Shown: piece after piece, positions 49,175 through 61,234 of the stretch | Layout of the letters: every line of letters begins with the position of its first letter | How positions within the stretch are numbered: the first letter of the stretch is position 1 | Assembly (NCBI RefSeq): GCF_037042905.1 | Contig: NC_087251.1 | Span: 49,353,358 to 49,417,357, forward strand | Direction of reading: 5' to 3' | DNA: 64,000 nucleotides | Source: Lytechinus pictus | Lineage: Eukaryota | Notes under the pieces: model-generated | The model's input: the letters and a program-made list of their open reading frames with translations, nothing else | Database searches by the model: none | Told to the model about the DNA's origin: nothing | Program-made: the position numbers and the translations under genes

Positions 49175-50932
49175 CAGTGCGTATCAAAAAGAAAAGTTTG
49201 CACTTAGAAATAATCCTGTAAAATTATATATTTGTAATATTCTGAAGATTTTTTTATGTTTAAACATTGATACAGATCTTTGTAAGAGAATGACGATATA
49301 ACTGTCGAAAAATCTTTCCGCTAGAGTGAGCACCACTTACTTTTGAAAAGTTCGTGAAAAATGATTTGCGTAGAACTTAGAAATAGTTATATGACTAAAA
49401 GTAAAGGTTAATCATAAAGAACACATGGATTTTAGCTAGGAAGATTTGAAGATATCTTTTACTTTTTTAACTTGTTTCCTTGCCCAAAACACTTCTTAGA
49501 GCGCCATTGTGCCCCCCACCCCTCCACATAACGAGGCCAACGTGATATCTGCTTTACGCGGAACTGTGATTCACGTGGAATAGCTTAGGCATGATTTTTG
49601 TTTTGTTAATCATTGTCAAGCTTGAGAAGAGTGTGGAGAAACAAGTATTAAATAAAATATGAAATGTGGCCCCAATTTAAATGATAACAAGTGGAATGCC
49701 TCTGGCCGTCTCACCTGCATCACGCGATTCAATATAGCAGCAGTGCTGATTTTGAAAACTACTATAACTCGCACAAGATGTTCAGTGATACTTGGTTACT
49801 CTTATTTCCACGTTTTATGAACTAGACCAATACACTTATAGAGATATGATGGCAATTCAACAAATACCCCCAACGTGGCCAAAGTTCTTTGACCTTACAT
49901 GACCTTTGACCTTGATCATGTGACCTGAAACTTGCACAGGATGTTCAGTAATACTTGATTACTATTATGTCCAAGTTTCATGAATCAGATCCATAAACTT
50001 TCAAAGTTATGATGGAATTCAACAGATACCCCCAATTCGGCCAAAGTTCATTGACCCTAAATGACCTTTGACCTTGGTCATGTGACGTGAAACTCATGCA
50101 GGATGTTCAGTGATACTTGATTAACCTTATGTATAAGTTTCATGAACTAGGTCCATATATTTTCTAAGTTATGATGACATTTCAAAAACTTAACCTTAGG
50201 TTAAGATTTTGATGTTGATTCCCCCAACATGGTCTAAGTTCATTGACCCTAAATGACCTTTGACCTTGGTCATGTGACATGAAACTCAGGCAGGATGTTA
50301 AGTAATACTTGATCAACCTTATGGCCAAGTTTCATGAACTAGGTCCATATACTTTCTAAGTTATGCTGTCATTTCAAAAACTTAACCTCAGGTTAAGATT
50401 TGGTGTTGACGCCGCCGTCGGAAAAGCGGCGCCTATAGTCTCACTCTGCTATGCAGGTGAGACAAAAACTTTTTGAAAGAATGCTGGAGATGTCTGAAAT
50501 AAATTTTTGCTTAAATTCAATTACATCCTCAGATCCAGTTTCCACAAAAAAGTAAAGGTTATGCTTACCTCGGGTTAAAATATTAATTTGGGTGGCAAAG
50601 TTGTTACAAAATGTTTGAATTTATCTTTTTTTTATTTCATTTTGCTAACAATGCAAAAGAAATGTAAGAGAAATGTACTGCTTGTTCAGTTTGTTTTCAC
50701 CTTTTGTTACTTACAGTGTGAAAATGAGCATTTCTGCGCAAAATGATTCACGAGAGCTTTACAAAAATGGACAGTGCTCACTCGAGTGTAACATTCTGTC
50801 AACATTTTTACATTCATTGGATAGATGAGACCCAAACCAAAGAATATATGTGAAAAAAGAGTCCCTACGTTGTACATTTTTTTTAATTCCCAGGACTTTT
50901 TCAAAGTGTTAACTTTTTATTGATATGCACTG
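49175..50932 (+). mobile_element. Tc1/mariner-like non-autonomous element (copy 2) hosting a HINE
   Basis: TA-cagtgcgtatcaa ... ttgatatgcactg-TA. Confidence 0.78.
49687..50468 (-). mobile_element. HINE/DINE-1-like element, uninterrupted copy
   Basis: The reverse complement starts tttttgtctcacctgcatagcagagtgagactatagg and ends tgcaggtgagacggccagaggcattccacttgt. Central tandem repeats present. Confidence 0.82.
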
Positions 50933-52264
50933 TATATGTGGATGTACAACTAATGTAAGTTTCTGTTTATAATTCATCTTTAAAGTTTATACCTCTTCCT
51001 TCAAATTTCTGTCATTAAATGTACATGTAAATAACAAAATAGGTAGCTAGATAGAATGATACAATTTGACCACCCCCCTCCATGCATTCTTCTTAACATA
51101 AATAGGACTTTGTAGAATGTGCTATTTTCTAAAATGTTTTTAACTCATTCGGTCAAACTGTAAGGAAATACAGCACTCTGTCTGGTGAGGCCATCTCCAA
51201 TTCCATTTTAAACTTTTGTTGTCACACTAAAATAATTATAATAACTTCAAAATGTCAAGAAAAAATGATCCACACCATTTGTTTCTTATACAATCCTCTT
51301 ATATTTCACATTATAAACAGTTAGTAATATGTTTTACTTTATATAGATTGGGCTCTTTTAGGGTTAATTTCCAAAAGTGAAACTTATATTACTGTATCAC
51401 TTGAGGGTAACAGGCTTATGGCAGATCAATTCATAATTTTACAAAGTTAATTAGGATTTCTGATAGCAGAAGGCAAAGATCAAACTTTACATTTCAATAC
51501 TATTTTTCCTATTGCCGAACAGGACGTAAAAGCACAATCCACGACACCATACTAAAACTATATACACTACTGGAAAAATTCTGCCATAGTAGTGCTTCAT
51601 TTGCATTTTTAATGATCTATATACTATTAAATCATACAATTCATTGATTTCTAGGTATATGAGTCTGAAAAAATGATAACATTTTGGGAAATTATTTCAG
51701 GAAAGAAGTTGGAATGAATTTGAATTGTGTCATTAATCTAAACATCAACAGGTCACATATAAATCAAACTAAAATAGCTGCAACATTTGACCTAAAAATG
51801 TAAATATCATTTATCTACATATATTTTGCTCATTAAATATACTCTTGTACACAGTACGTAACTCATAACATACAAACCTCACATTCATTGATGAAAGACA
51901 AAGGTACATGGGAGGCACATGAATTCAGGTTTGTTTGCACAACTGCTATAATCATCTTAAACACAATATTAAGATCTTACGATATATTCAATTTAAGAGG
52001 CTAACGAACCTGGATGATTTTTAGCCAGCATATAGGCTGATGTACATATGGCAAGCCTACATCTTGAAATGAATATTTCATTTTATACTTTTAACAAATG
52101 GCAATTCTTGATATCGAGAAAGAGGATTAAATGTTAAAATGGCTTGCCATATGCTGGCTAAAGCGTCCAATTCTAATAGCAATTCTAATGCCTCGATATT
52201 GATAAATAGAAGTTAATAATCATGGCTTTCCATACATGCATCAGCATACACTAGCTTAATTGTT

Positions 52265-52452
52265 CTGGGGGCCGTTTCATAAAGCTGTTCGTAAGTTAAG
52301 AGTGACTTTAAGAACGACCGGTGATCCTTTCTTTACGCGCTAAACCATCGCCAACGAACATTTCGGTGTGTACCATTAAGCATAAGAAAGGATCACCAGT
52401 CGTTCTTAAAGTCGCTCTTATCTTACGAACAGCTTTATGAAATACCCACCAG
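52265..52452. mobile_element. Palindromic MITE
   Basis: tttcataaagctgttcgtaag.taagag.gactttaagaacgac.ggtgatcctttctt pairs with its reverse complement at the right end. Confidence 0.8.
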
Positions 52453-52660
52453 GTGTAATAGCCCCTTTACAAATTGTTTGAAATAACACATTTTTTTTGT
52501 CAGTGTAAGTACTCTGTCCCATTAAATCTATTCTAGATAATAATATTGATATCCAGACTGAAATATAATTCATAGGTATATCCCATGATCACGGACAGAT
52601 GATTATGAATAAGAAATTAGTATTGCAAGATATTTTGTTGGGGGTTCAAAGGTCACAGGG

Positions 52661-52741
52661 TCACGTCCCATCACCGATATCATCTGCAGATGGAATTGCT
52701 AGGTCTTCTTTGAGTTGAGTCATCAAATGCCTCATTCTTCC
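52661..52741 (-). CDS. SPATA7: SPATA7-like last coding exon
   Basis: Acceptor ttttccag, phase 0. Reads GRMRHLMTQLKEDLAIPSADDIGDGT*, continuing the SPATA7 MRHL...LK.DL motif. Stop TGA at 52663-52661. Confidence 0.88.
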   Translation of the reverse strand, partial: GRMRHLMTQLKEDLAIPSADDIGDGT

Positions 52742-53009
52742 CTGGAAAATTTAAAAGTTAAAAAGTAAAAGAGATAATTGTATTCACTTGGTTGATGTAT
52801 ACTACAGAAATATAGTCATGAGATGTATTAAACTTCTACTTTGTTTTTTGTTTTATTTCATTATCATTATTTTAAGTTTCAAGGCCTCCCCCCCCAAAAA
52901 AAAAAGAAGAGACAATTCATTTTTATTCCTTTTCAATCTTGATGGATGAATATGAGGAACATATGCTATTACCAAGGCAGTGCAGTTCCAAAAACATTTT
53001 AAAATTGAT

Positions 53010-53098
53010 GACTACTACTACTACTACTACTACTATACTACTACTACTATACTACTACTACTACTACTACTACTACTAAATCTACTACTACTACTAAA
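53010..53098 (+). repeat. (ACT)n microsatellite
   Basis: Visible directly; a second run at about 53207-53243. Confidence 0.95.
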
Positions 53099-53359
53099 TC
53101 ACCTTGAAAATATCCCTCACTCCTCCTCATAACGTGCGTCCAAGTCTAATTTCATCTTCGAGATAGGCTGCAGAGCCCTTTGAAGATTACAGCAGATGAT
53201 GATGATGACTACTACTACTACTACTACTACCACTACCACTACTATTATTCTGTCAACTACTTCTTTTACTATCATGGCCGAATCCCCTACTATAATCTTT
53301 TTCACCATCATAATGATTAAACTGTACCATGACATCAAATGTATTTACAGCTACATATG

Positions 53360-54044
53360 TATATGAACTAAAAAAAAGTTTGCAAATCTGAGTTTGGCCA
53401 TTAATATCTCCAAACTCCCAATTTCACGCAATTTGATATCATTCAAAAGATCAATTAATTGTCTTTAAAATGATACCCTACATGATATGATTATGGTTCA
53501 CATGGAGGTGCAGGGCCTTGAAATGTGGGGCAAGGTCAAAACTCAAAAGTTGCAAAATGACACAATATTGAAAGTCACCGTGGTGATGAAAGAGTTTCTC
53601 AGCAGTTTCTTTTGTTTTCATGCACATTAACATCGACATTAACATGAAATCAAACACACCTCTGCACAGGCAAACACATAAAAACAAACAAACATGCATG
53701 GGTATTTCAAACCACGATTCAAATCATGTTATCTCACAGATCTCCATGTTAATGTTGATGTTAAGGTGCATGAAAACAAAAGAAACCGCTGAGAAAATCA
53801 CTTATCAACACAGAAAAAAGAACAGTAACTTTCAATATTGTGTCATTTTGCAAATTTTGACCTTGCCCACATTTCAAGGCACTACACCTCCATGTGAACC
53901 ATAATCATATTATGTAGGGTATCATTTTATAGAGAATTAAAGGATCTATTCATTGGTATCAATCACACATCAATATTCACTAAAACCAAGGAGGGATTAT
54001 CGATCAAAATCAGATTTCCAAACTTTTTTTGAGGGGTTTATATA
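53360..54044. mobile_element. Fold-back element with inverted arms of about 280 bp in the last SPATA7 intron
   Basis: For example taaaatgataccctacatgatatgattatggttcacatggaggtg vs cacctccatgtgaaccataatcatattatgtagggtatcatttta. Outer arms aaaaaaagtttgcaaatctga vs tcagatttccaaacttttttt. Confidence 0.8.
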
Positions 54045-54049
54045 CTCAC

Positions 54050-54185
54050 CTCATCTAGTCTGCCTTTATTCTTGTCTATATGTGATTCAAAGACTTGCTT
54101 CAGGACTGTGTTTGTATAGATGCCTCTGTTCAAAACATCATTGGTTACATCAGTAACAAACTCCAGGTATCTCAATTCTTCCTCC
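54050..54185 (-). CDS. SPATA7: SPATA7-like coding exon (conserved C-terminal domain)
   Basis: Acceptor ttttctcttcag, donor gag|gtgagt. Reads EEELRYLEFVTDVTNDVLNRGIYTNTVLKQVFESHIDKNKGRLDE, matching the SPATA7 EEEL.YL.F..DVT...L..G block. Missing from the ORF track. Confidence 0.9.
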
Positions 54186-54238
54186 CTGAAGAGAAAATTA
54201 GGAAATACATTTTCAATATCATAAAAGTGAATTTTTTA

Positions 54239-57200
54239 CACTACAGGCAAAAAGTTTGGGGTGACCCTCAGATTTAAAAGATGATCACACATAACACTGC
54301 ATTCTGCATTTATGCAACTGTATCAATGGGCTATGACAATTCCTTTACATCATACAAGCATGTTTCAAAACCAGTTTTGACTGCACTTCTGTCAAACCCC
54401 TGTCGGATTTCATAATACATTCAACTTTATGCACACCTTTAAACTTTTATAAAGGTATGCATACAATTTGAATATATTTAAAGCAAAGGTTGTTTTTGAC
54501 AAACTAAAAGTGTGTCTAAGGTTTGTCTGACATAGGAACATGTAATATATGCAAACTGGATTCTATCAAAATCTGTTTGAAGGTTTGCATGGTGGCATAA
54601 ACAATCGCTGAAGTGGTTTATACTTTACACCATATGTTAAGTCCTGAAAAGAACTTAGATAAAAGTGGGTAGAAAAGAGACGGAGAGGTGAGAAAGTGAA
54701 GGTTAGAAAGTAGACTATCTTTTGGAAATGATTGTAGTCTTAAAGAGGACTGTAAACCAGAGGGAGTTGAAAGTAAGCAGGATGAAAGGCACGATTAGAA
54801 GGCTGGTTGAGTTAGTAAGGTGAGAGAGAGATGACTGAATAGATGAGAGAAGGCTGGCTTGAGTTAGTGGGGTGAGAGAGATGACTAAATAGATGAGAGA
54901 AGGCTGGCTTGAGTTTGTGGGGTGAGAGAAATGACTGAATAGATGAGAGAAGGCTGGCTTGAGTTTGTGGGGTGAGAGAGATGACTGAAAAGATGAGAGA
55001 AGGCTGGCTTGAGTTAGTGGGGTAAGAGAGTTGACTGAATAGATGAGAGAAGGCTGGCTTGAGTTTATGGGGTGAGAGAGATGACTGAATAGATGAGAGA
55101 AAGCTGGCTTGAGTTAGTGGGGTAAGAGAGAGATGATTGAATAGATTAGAGAAAGCTGACTTGAGTTAGCGGGGTGAGAGAGTTGACTGAATAGATGAGA
55201 GAAAGCTGGCTTGAGTTAGTGGGGTAAGAGAGTTGACTGAATAGATGAGAGAAAGCTGGCTTGAGTTAGTGGGGTAAGAGAGATGATTGAATAGATGAGA
55301 GAAAGCTGGCTTGAGTTAGTGGGGTAAGAGAGTTGACTGAATAGATGAAAGAAAGCTGGCTTGAGTTAGTGGGGTGAGAGAGATGACTGAATAGATGAGA
55401 GAAAGCTGGCTTGAGTTAGTGGGGTGAGAGAGATGACTGAATAGATGAGAGAAAGCTGGCTTGAGTTAGTGGGGTAAGAGAGAGATGATTGAATAGATTA
55501 GAGAAAGCTGACTTGAGTTAGCGGGGTGAGAGAGTTGACTGAATAGATGAGAGAAAGCTGGCTTGAGTTAGTGGGGTAAGAGAGATGACTGAATAGATGA
55601 GAGAAAGCTGGCTTGAGTTAGTGGGGTGAGAGAGTTGACTGAATAGATGAGAGAAAGCTGGCTTGAGTTAGTGGGGTAAGAGAGATAATTGAATATATGA
55701 GAGAAAGCTGGCTTGAGTTAGTGGGGTAAGAGAGATGATTGAATAGATGAGAGAAAGCTGGCTTGAGTTAGTGGGGTAAGAGAGATAACTGAATAGATGA
55801 GAGAAAGCTGGCTTGAGTTAGTGGGGTAAGAGAGATAACTGAATAGATGAGAGAAAGCTGGCTTGAGTTAGTGGGGTAAGAGAGATGATTGAATAGATGA
55901 GAGAAAGCTGGCTTGAGTTAGTGGGGTAAGAGAGATAACTGAATAGATGAGAGAAAGCTGGCTTGAGTTAGTGGGGTAAGAGAGATAACTGAATAGATGA
56001 GAGAAAGCTGGCTTGAGTTAGTGGGGTGAGAGAGTTGACTGAATAGATGAGAGAAAGCTGGCTTGAGTTAGTGGGGTAAGAGAGATGACTGAATAGATGA
56101 GAGAAAGCTGGCTTGAGTTAGTGGGGTGAGAGAGATGACTGAATAGATGAGAGAAAGCTGGCTTGAGTTAGTGGGGTAAGAGAGAGATGATTGAATAGAT
56201 TAGAGAAAGCTGACTTGAGTTAGCGGGGTGAGAGAGTTGACTGAATAGATGAGAGAAAGCTGGCTTGAGTTAGTGGGGTAAGAGAGATGACTGGATAGAT
56301 GAGAGAAAGCTGGCTTGAGTTAGTGGGGTGAGAGAGTTGACTGAATAGATGAGAGAAAGCTGGCTTGAGTTAGTGGGGTAAGAGAGATAACTGAATATAT
56401 GAGAGAAAGCTGGCTTGAGTTAGTGGGGTAAGAGAGATGATTGAATAGATGAGAGAAAGCTGGCTTGAGTTAGTGGGGTAAGAGAGATAACTGAATAGAT
56501 GAGAGAAAGCTGGCTTGAGTTAGTGGGGTAAGAGAGATAACTGAATAGATGAGAGAAAGCTGGCTTGAGTTAGTGGGGTAAGAGAGATGATTGAATAGAT
56601 GAGAGAAAGCTGGCTTGAGTTAGTGGGGTAAGAGAGATAACTGAATAGATGAGAGAAAGCTGGCTTGAGTTAGTGGGGTAAGAGAGATAACTGAATAGAT
56701 GAGAGAAAGCTGGCTTGAGTTAGTGGGGTGAGAGAGTTGACTAAATAGATGAGAGAAAGCTGGCTTGAGTTAGTGGGGTAAGAGAGATAACTGAATAGAT
56801 GAGAGAAAGCTGGCTTGAGTTAGTGGGGTAAGAGAGATGACTGAATAGATGAGAGAAAGCTGGCTTGAGTTAGTGGGGTGAGAGAGTTGACTGAATAGAT
56901 GAGAGAAAGCTGGCTTGAGTTAGTGGGGTAAGAGAGATAACTGAATAGATGAGAGAAAGCTGGCTTGAGTTAGTGGGGTAAGAGAGATGATTGAATAGAT
57001 GAGAGAAAGCTGGCTTGAGTTAGGGGGGTAAGAGAGATAACTGAATAGATGAGAGAAAGCTGGCTTGAGTTAGTGGGGTAAGAGAGATAACTGAATAGAT
57101 GAGAGAAAGCTGGCTTGAGTTAGTGGGGTAAGAGAGATGACTGAATAGATGAGAGAAGGCTGGCTTGAGTAAGTGGGGTGAGAGAGATGACTGAATAGAT

Positions 57201-58814
57201 GAGAGAAGGCTGGCTTGAGTTAGTGGGGTGAGAGAGATGACTGAATAGATGAGAGAAGGCTGGCTTGAGTTAGTGGGGTGAGAGAGATGACTGAATAGAT
57301 GAGAGAAGGCTGGCTTGAGTTAGTGGGGTAAGAGAGATGACTGAATAGATGAGAGAAAGCTGGCTTGAGTTAGTGGGGTGAGAGAGTTGACTGAATAGAT
57401 GAGAGAAAGCTAACTTAGTTAGTGGGGTAAGAGAGATGACTGAGTAGATGAGAGAAAGCTGGCTTGAGTTAGTGGGGTGAGAGAGTTGACTGAATAGATG
57501 AGAGAAAGCTAGCTTGAGTTAGTGGGGTAAGAGAGATGACTGAGTAGATGAGCGAAAGCTGGCTTGAGTTAGTGGGGTGAGAGAGTTGACTGAATGGATG
57601 AGAGAAAGCTAGCTTGAGTTAGTGGGGTGAGAGATTTGACTGAATAGATGAGAGAAAGCTGGCTTGAGTTAGTGGGGTAAGAGAGATAACTGAATAGATG
57701 AGAGAAAGCTGGCTTGAGTTAGTGGGGTAAGAGAGATGACTGAATAGATGAGAGAAGGCTGGCTTGAGTAAGTGGGGTGAGAGAGATGACTGAATAGATG
57801 AGAGAAGGCTGGCTTGAGTTAGTGGGGTGAGAGAGATGACTGAATAGATGAGAGAAGGCTGGCTTGAGTTAGTGGGGTGAGAGAGATGACTGAATAGATG
57901 AGAGAAGGCTGGCTTGAGTTAGTGGGGTAAGAGAGATGACTGAATAGATGAGAGAAAGCTGGCTTGAGTTAGTGGGGTGAGAGAGTTGACTGAATAGATG
58001 AGAGAAAGCTAACTTAGTTAGTGGGGTAAGAGAGATGACTGAGTAGATGAGAGAAAGCTGGCTTGAGTTAGTGGGGTGAGAGAGTTGACTGAATAGATGA
58101 GAGAAAGCTAGCTTGAGTTAGTGGGGTAAGAGAGATGACTGAGTAGATGAGCGAAAGCTGGCTTGAGTTAGTGGGGTGAGAGAGTTGACTGAATGGATGA
58201 GAGAAAGCTAGCTTGAGTTAGTGGGGTGAGAGATTTGACTGAATAGATGAGAGAAAGCTGGCTTGAGTTAGTGGGGTGAGAGAGTTGACTGAATGGATGA
58301 GAGAAAGCTAGCTTGAGTTAGTGGGTGAGAGATTTGACTGAATAGATGAGAGAAAGCTGGCTTGAGTTAGTGGGGTAAGAGAGATGACTGAATAGATGAG
58401 AGAAAGTTGGCTTGAGTTGGCTAGTGGAGTTGTAGAGCAGGAGCTGAAGAGAAGACTTTAGGCAGGTTGACTGTCTGATTGACAGGTTGAATGTTTGCTG
58501 GTTTACATATATTATTTGCTGCTATGTCAGACAAACTGCTTACAAGCTTTCAGGTTGTCAAAAAAATTTGCTTTAAATATTAATTTTATGCATACCTTCA
58601 ATGTATAAAGGTATGCATAAAATATGAATATATTATGAAAACCAACTGCGATTTTACAAAAGTGCAATCAAAACCGCTTGGAAACTATTTGTGTAATGAG
58701 ATTGAACTGCCATAGCCCATTCAGTATCAATACATTCAAATGAATGCAGGATGCAGTGTTTTGTATGATTTTCTTTTAAATCTTAGGGTGGCCCTAAACT
58801 TTTGGCTTGTACTA
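54239..58814. mobile_element. Old long-TIR (about 300 bp) element enclosing the 50-bp minisatellite
   Basis: The left arm 54239-54537 (cactacaggcaaaaagtttggggtgaccctcagatttaaaag...) is the degenerate reverse complement of 58522-58814. TA at both ends. Confidence 0.7.
54798..58419 (+). repeat. Purine-rich 50-bp minisatellite, about 72 copies
   Basis: Unit gagagaaagctggcttgagttagtggggtaagagagatgactgaatagat. Confidence 0.98.
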
Positions 58815-58896
58815 TACTTGTAGCAGCCTGATGGAATATTATTCTTGAGTTATGTATGCTATAAGTGTATGTGATATTGTACAAAAATTAAGCCTT

Positions 58897-59537
58897 AACA
58901 AGAGTGTTGCTAAGGCGAGCACATATTACGCTTGTCTGTAACGCGGAAAATGAAGCTAATGGTCAAGCAAGAAAAGTGGAAGATGGCAACTTCACCTTTG
59001 ACCTTCTGACCTAACAATCAATATAATTGCTAGGATCTATGCTAGTATCATACGCACCAAATTATATGAGCCTACATGTAGGTTAAGTTAAACTGAAGTT
59101 ATCGCGTTTACAATGACTGCAGAAGGGTAAGATGAAAACAATACATGCCAATGTGACCTTGACCTTTGACCTCTTGACCTCAAAATCAATAGGCTTCCTG
59201 GGATTCATGCTAGTATCATACACACCAAATTATATGAGCCTAAGTTAAGTTAAACTGAAGTTATCTTGTTTACAAGGACTGCAGAAGGTAAGATGAAAAC
59301 ATGCCAATGTGACCTTGACCTTTGACTTTTTGACCTCAAAATCAATAGGCTTCCTAAGATCCATGCTAGTATCATACACACCAAATCATATGAGCCTAGC
59401 CTGCCTAGGTTAAGTTAAACTGAAGTTATCGCGTTTACAAGGAAAAGTTAACAGACGGACAGATAGACAGACAAACGAACGGACGAACACCGGGGTGATA
59501 CCTAATACGTCTCGTCGAGACGAGCGTATTATAAAAA
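58897..59537 (-). mobile_element. Second HINE/DINE-1-like family
   Basis: Minus strand: 5' hairpin aatacgctcgtctcgacgagacgtatt, GTCY-like microsatellite, tandem repeats of about 160 bp, 3' subTIR agacaagcgtaat and cttgtt end. Confidence 0.7.
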
Positions 59538-60636
59538 CAATATATTTCAATATAAATATCAATAGTCATTTGATAATTCAAACACATATTTCATTAAGAA
59601 TATCCAAAATAGTCATTTTGTAATGAGTATATACTAGTTAAGTATATTCTTGGACAAATACCAGATTTTAATGTTTTTAAAATTATTTGTTTTAAAATTT
59701 TATCAAGATCTAGGACACATTTTTTTTTTCCAAAAGCTAATTGACATGATTTGAAGTTGCAATGAGAAAAATACAGGCATTCATTTTAATCTTCCTTGAC
59801 AGGCAAGTAATGTACAGTATGACACATCAAGGGCATTAGAAAGAATTATATGCATAAGGTTCTTAAAACTACATGTAGTTCAAAGGCAATCATTTTAATG
59901 GCTTGAGCAAAGTGATGTGTATGCATTATAAGATAGTGATATGGATCCTTGTTTATTAATAAACCATGCTCATCTCAAAACCATGACCGGTCAATAGAGC
60001 TGGTCATTAGTATACACATACTGACTGATGTGCTGTGTCATATAAACATTCTTGGACCGCCGGATTTATATTTTGCCAGAGGGGATATATTTTCCAGAGG
60101 CACGCAGTGCTGAGAAAAAAAATGTTCTCCAGGGAAAATATAAATCTTTTAGGCGGTCCAAAGAATGTTTTTTACACACCCCATCAGTCAATATCTGTTA
60201 TTAGATAGCCTTGAATGATGAAGATAGATCTAAAGTTAGGTCTACGATGTATGCAGTAGATCAAGACTTGTTTGTGATATTTACAGTGACTGATGGAACT
60301 GGTATGAGTAACGTTAGGTAAGGTACACTGAATGACCTTTTTTTATAAAAATCAAGTTTGTTTAGGCCTAGACCTAACTTAGAGTCGGGTCCAGGTCCAG
60401 AACCCAGGGCAGACCGAGCATGTTGAGCTATGATCAGGTGCACATTCTGATCTAACTTTAGGATGAGATAAAAACATGACTAGAGTCTCTCTAGATCTAG
60501 ATCTCTTTAATTTCATTCATTCATATGCATTTATTTCGTTCATATATTGAAAAATAACATTTACAAATATATTGTAATATACAAGAAATAGAAATTATTT
60601 ATGAAACTTCAAACTTCACTCTCTATCTACTATTAA

Positions 60637-61234
60637 AGGACAAGTCCACCCCAACAAAAAGTTGATTCAAATAAAAAAGAGAAAAATCCAACAAGCATAA
60701 CCCTGAAAATTTCATCAAAAATCGGATGTGAAATAAGAAAGTTACGACATTTTTAATAGAGTTTCACTTAATTTTACAAATCAGTTATATTCACATCCGT
60801 GGCGGTATGCAAATGAGGAGACTGATGACATCACTCACTCACTATTTCTTTTGTATTTTGTTATATGAAATATTCAAATTTTCTCCCTGTTGTCGTGTAA
60901 AACAACGATTAATTCCTCCCTGAACATGTGCAATTAGCATAGTTTAATAGTATATGGTTCAATCAAGTTGGTCCATATTGTCAAATCTGTGAAAAATAAA
61001 ATATTGTATAATTCAAACAATAAAAAACAAAAGAAATAGTGAGGGACATCATTGACTGCCTCATTTGCATGTCACTGAGTTGTACATATCACTGTTTTGT
61101 GAAAAATAAGCAAAACTTTAAAATGTCATAACTTTCTTATTTTACATCCGATTTTGATGAAATTTTCAGCATAATGCTTGTTTGATTTTTTCTCTATTTA
61201 ATCAAATCAACATTTTTCTGGGTGGACTTGTCCT
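60637..61234 (-). mobile_element. Kolobok-like element, inverted copy of 22175-22776
   Basis: TTAA TSD, aggacaagtccacc / ggtggacttgtcct TIRs. Confidence 0.85.

Noticed and set aside
54798..58419. CRISPR-like array
   Set aside because: Units are contiguous near-identical repeats with no unique spacers, there are no cas genes, and the context is a eukaryotic intron.
58476..58485. Perfect Pbx-Meis decamer TGATTGACAG
   Set aside because: Lies inside a TE relic next to the minisatellite, in low-complexity context; likely chance.
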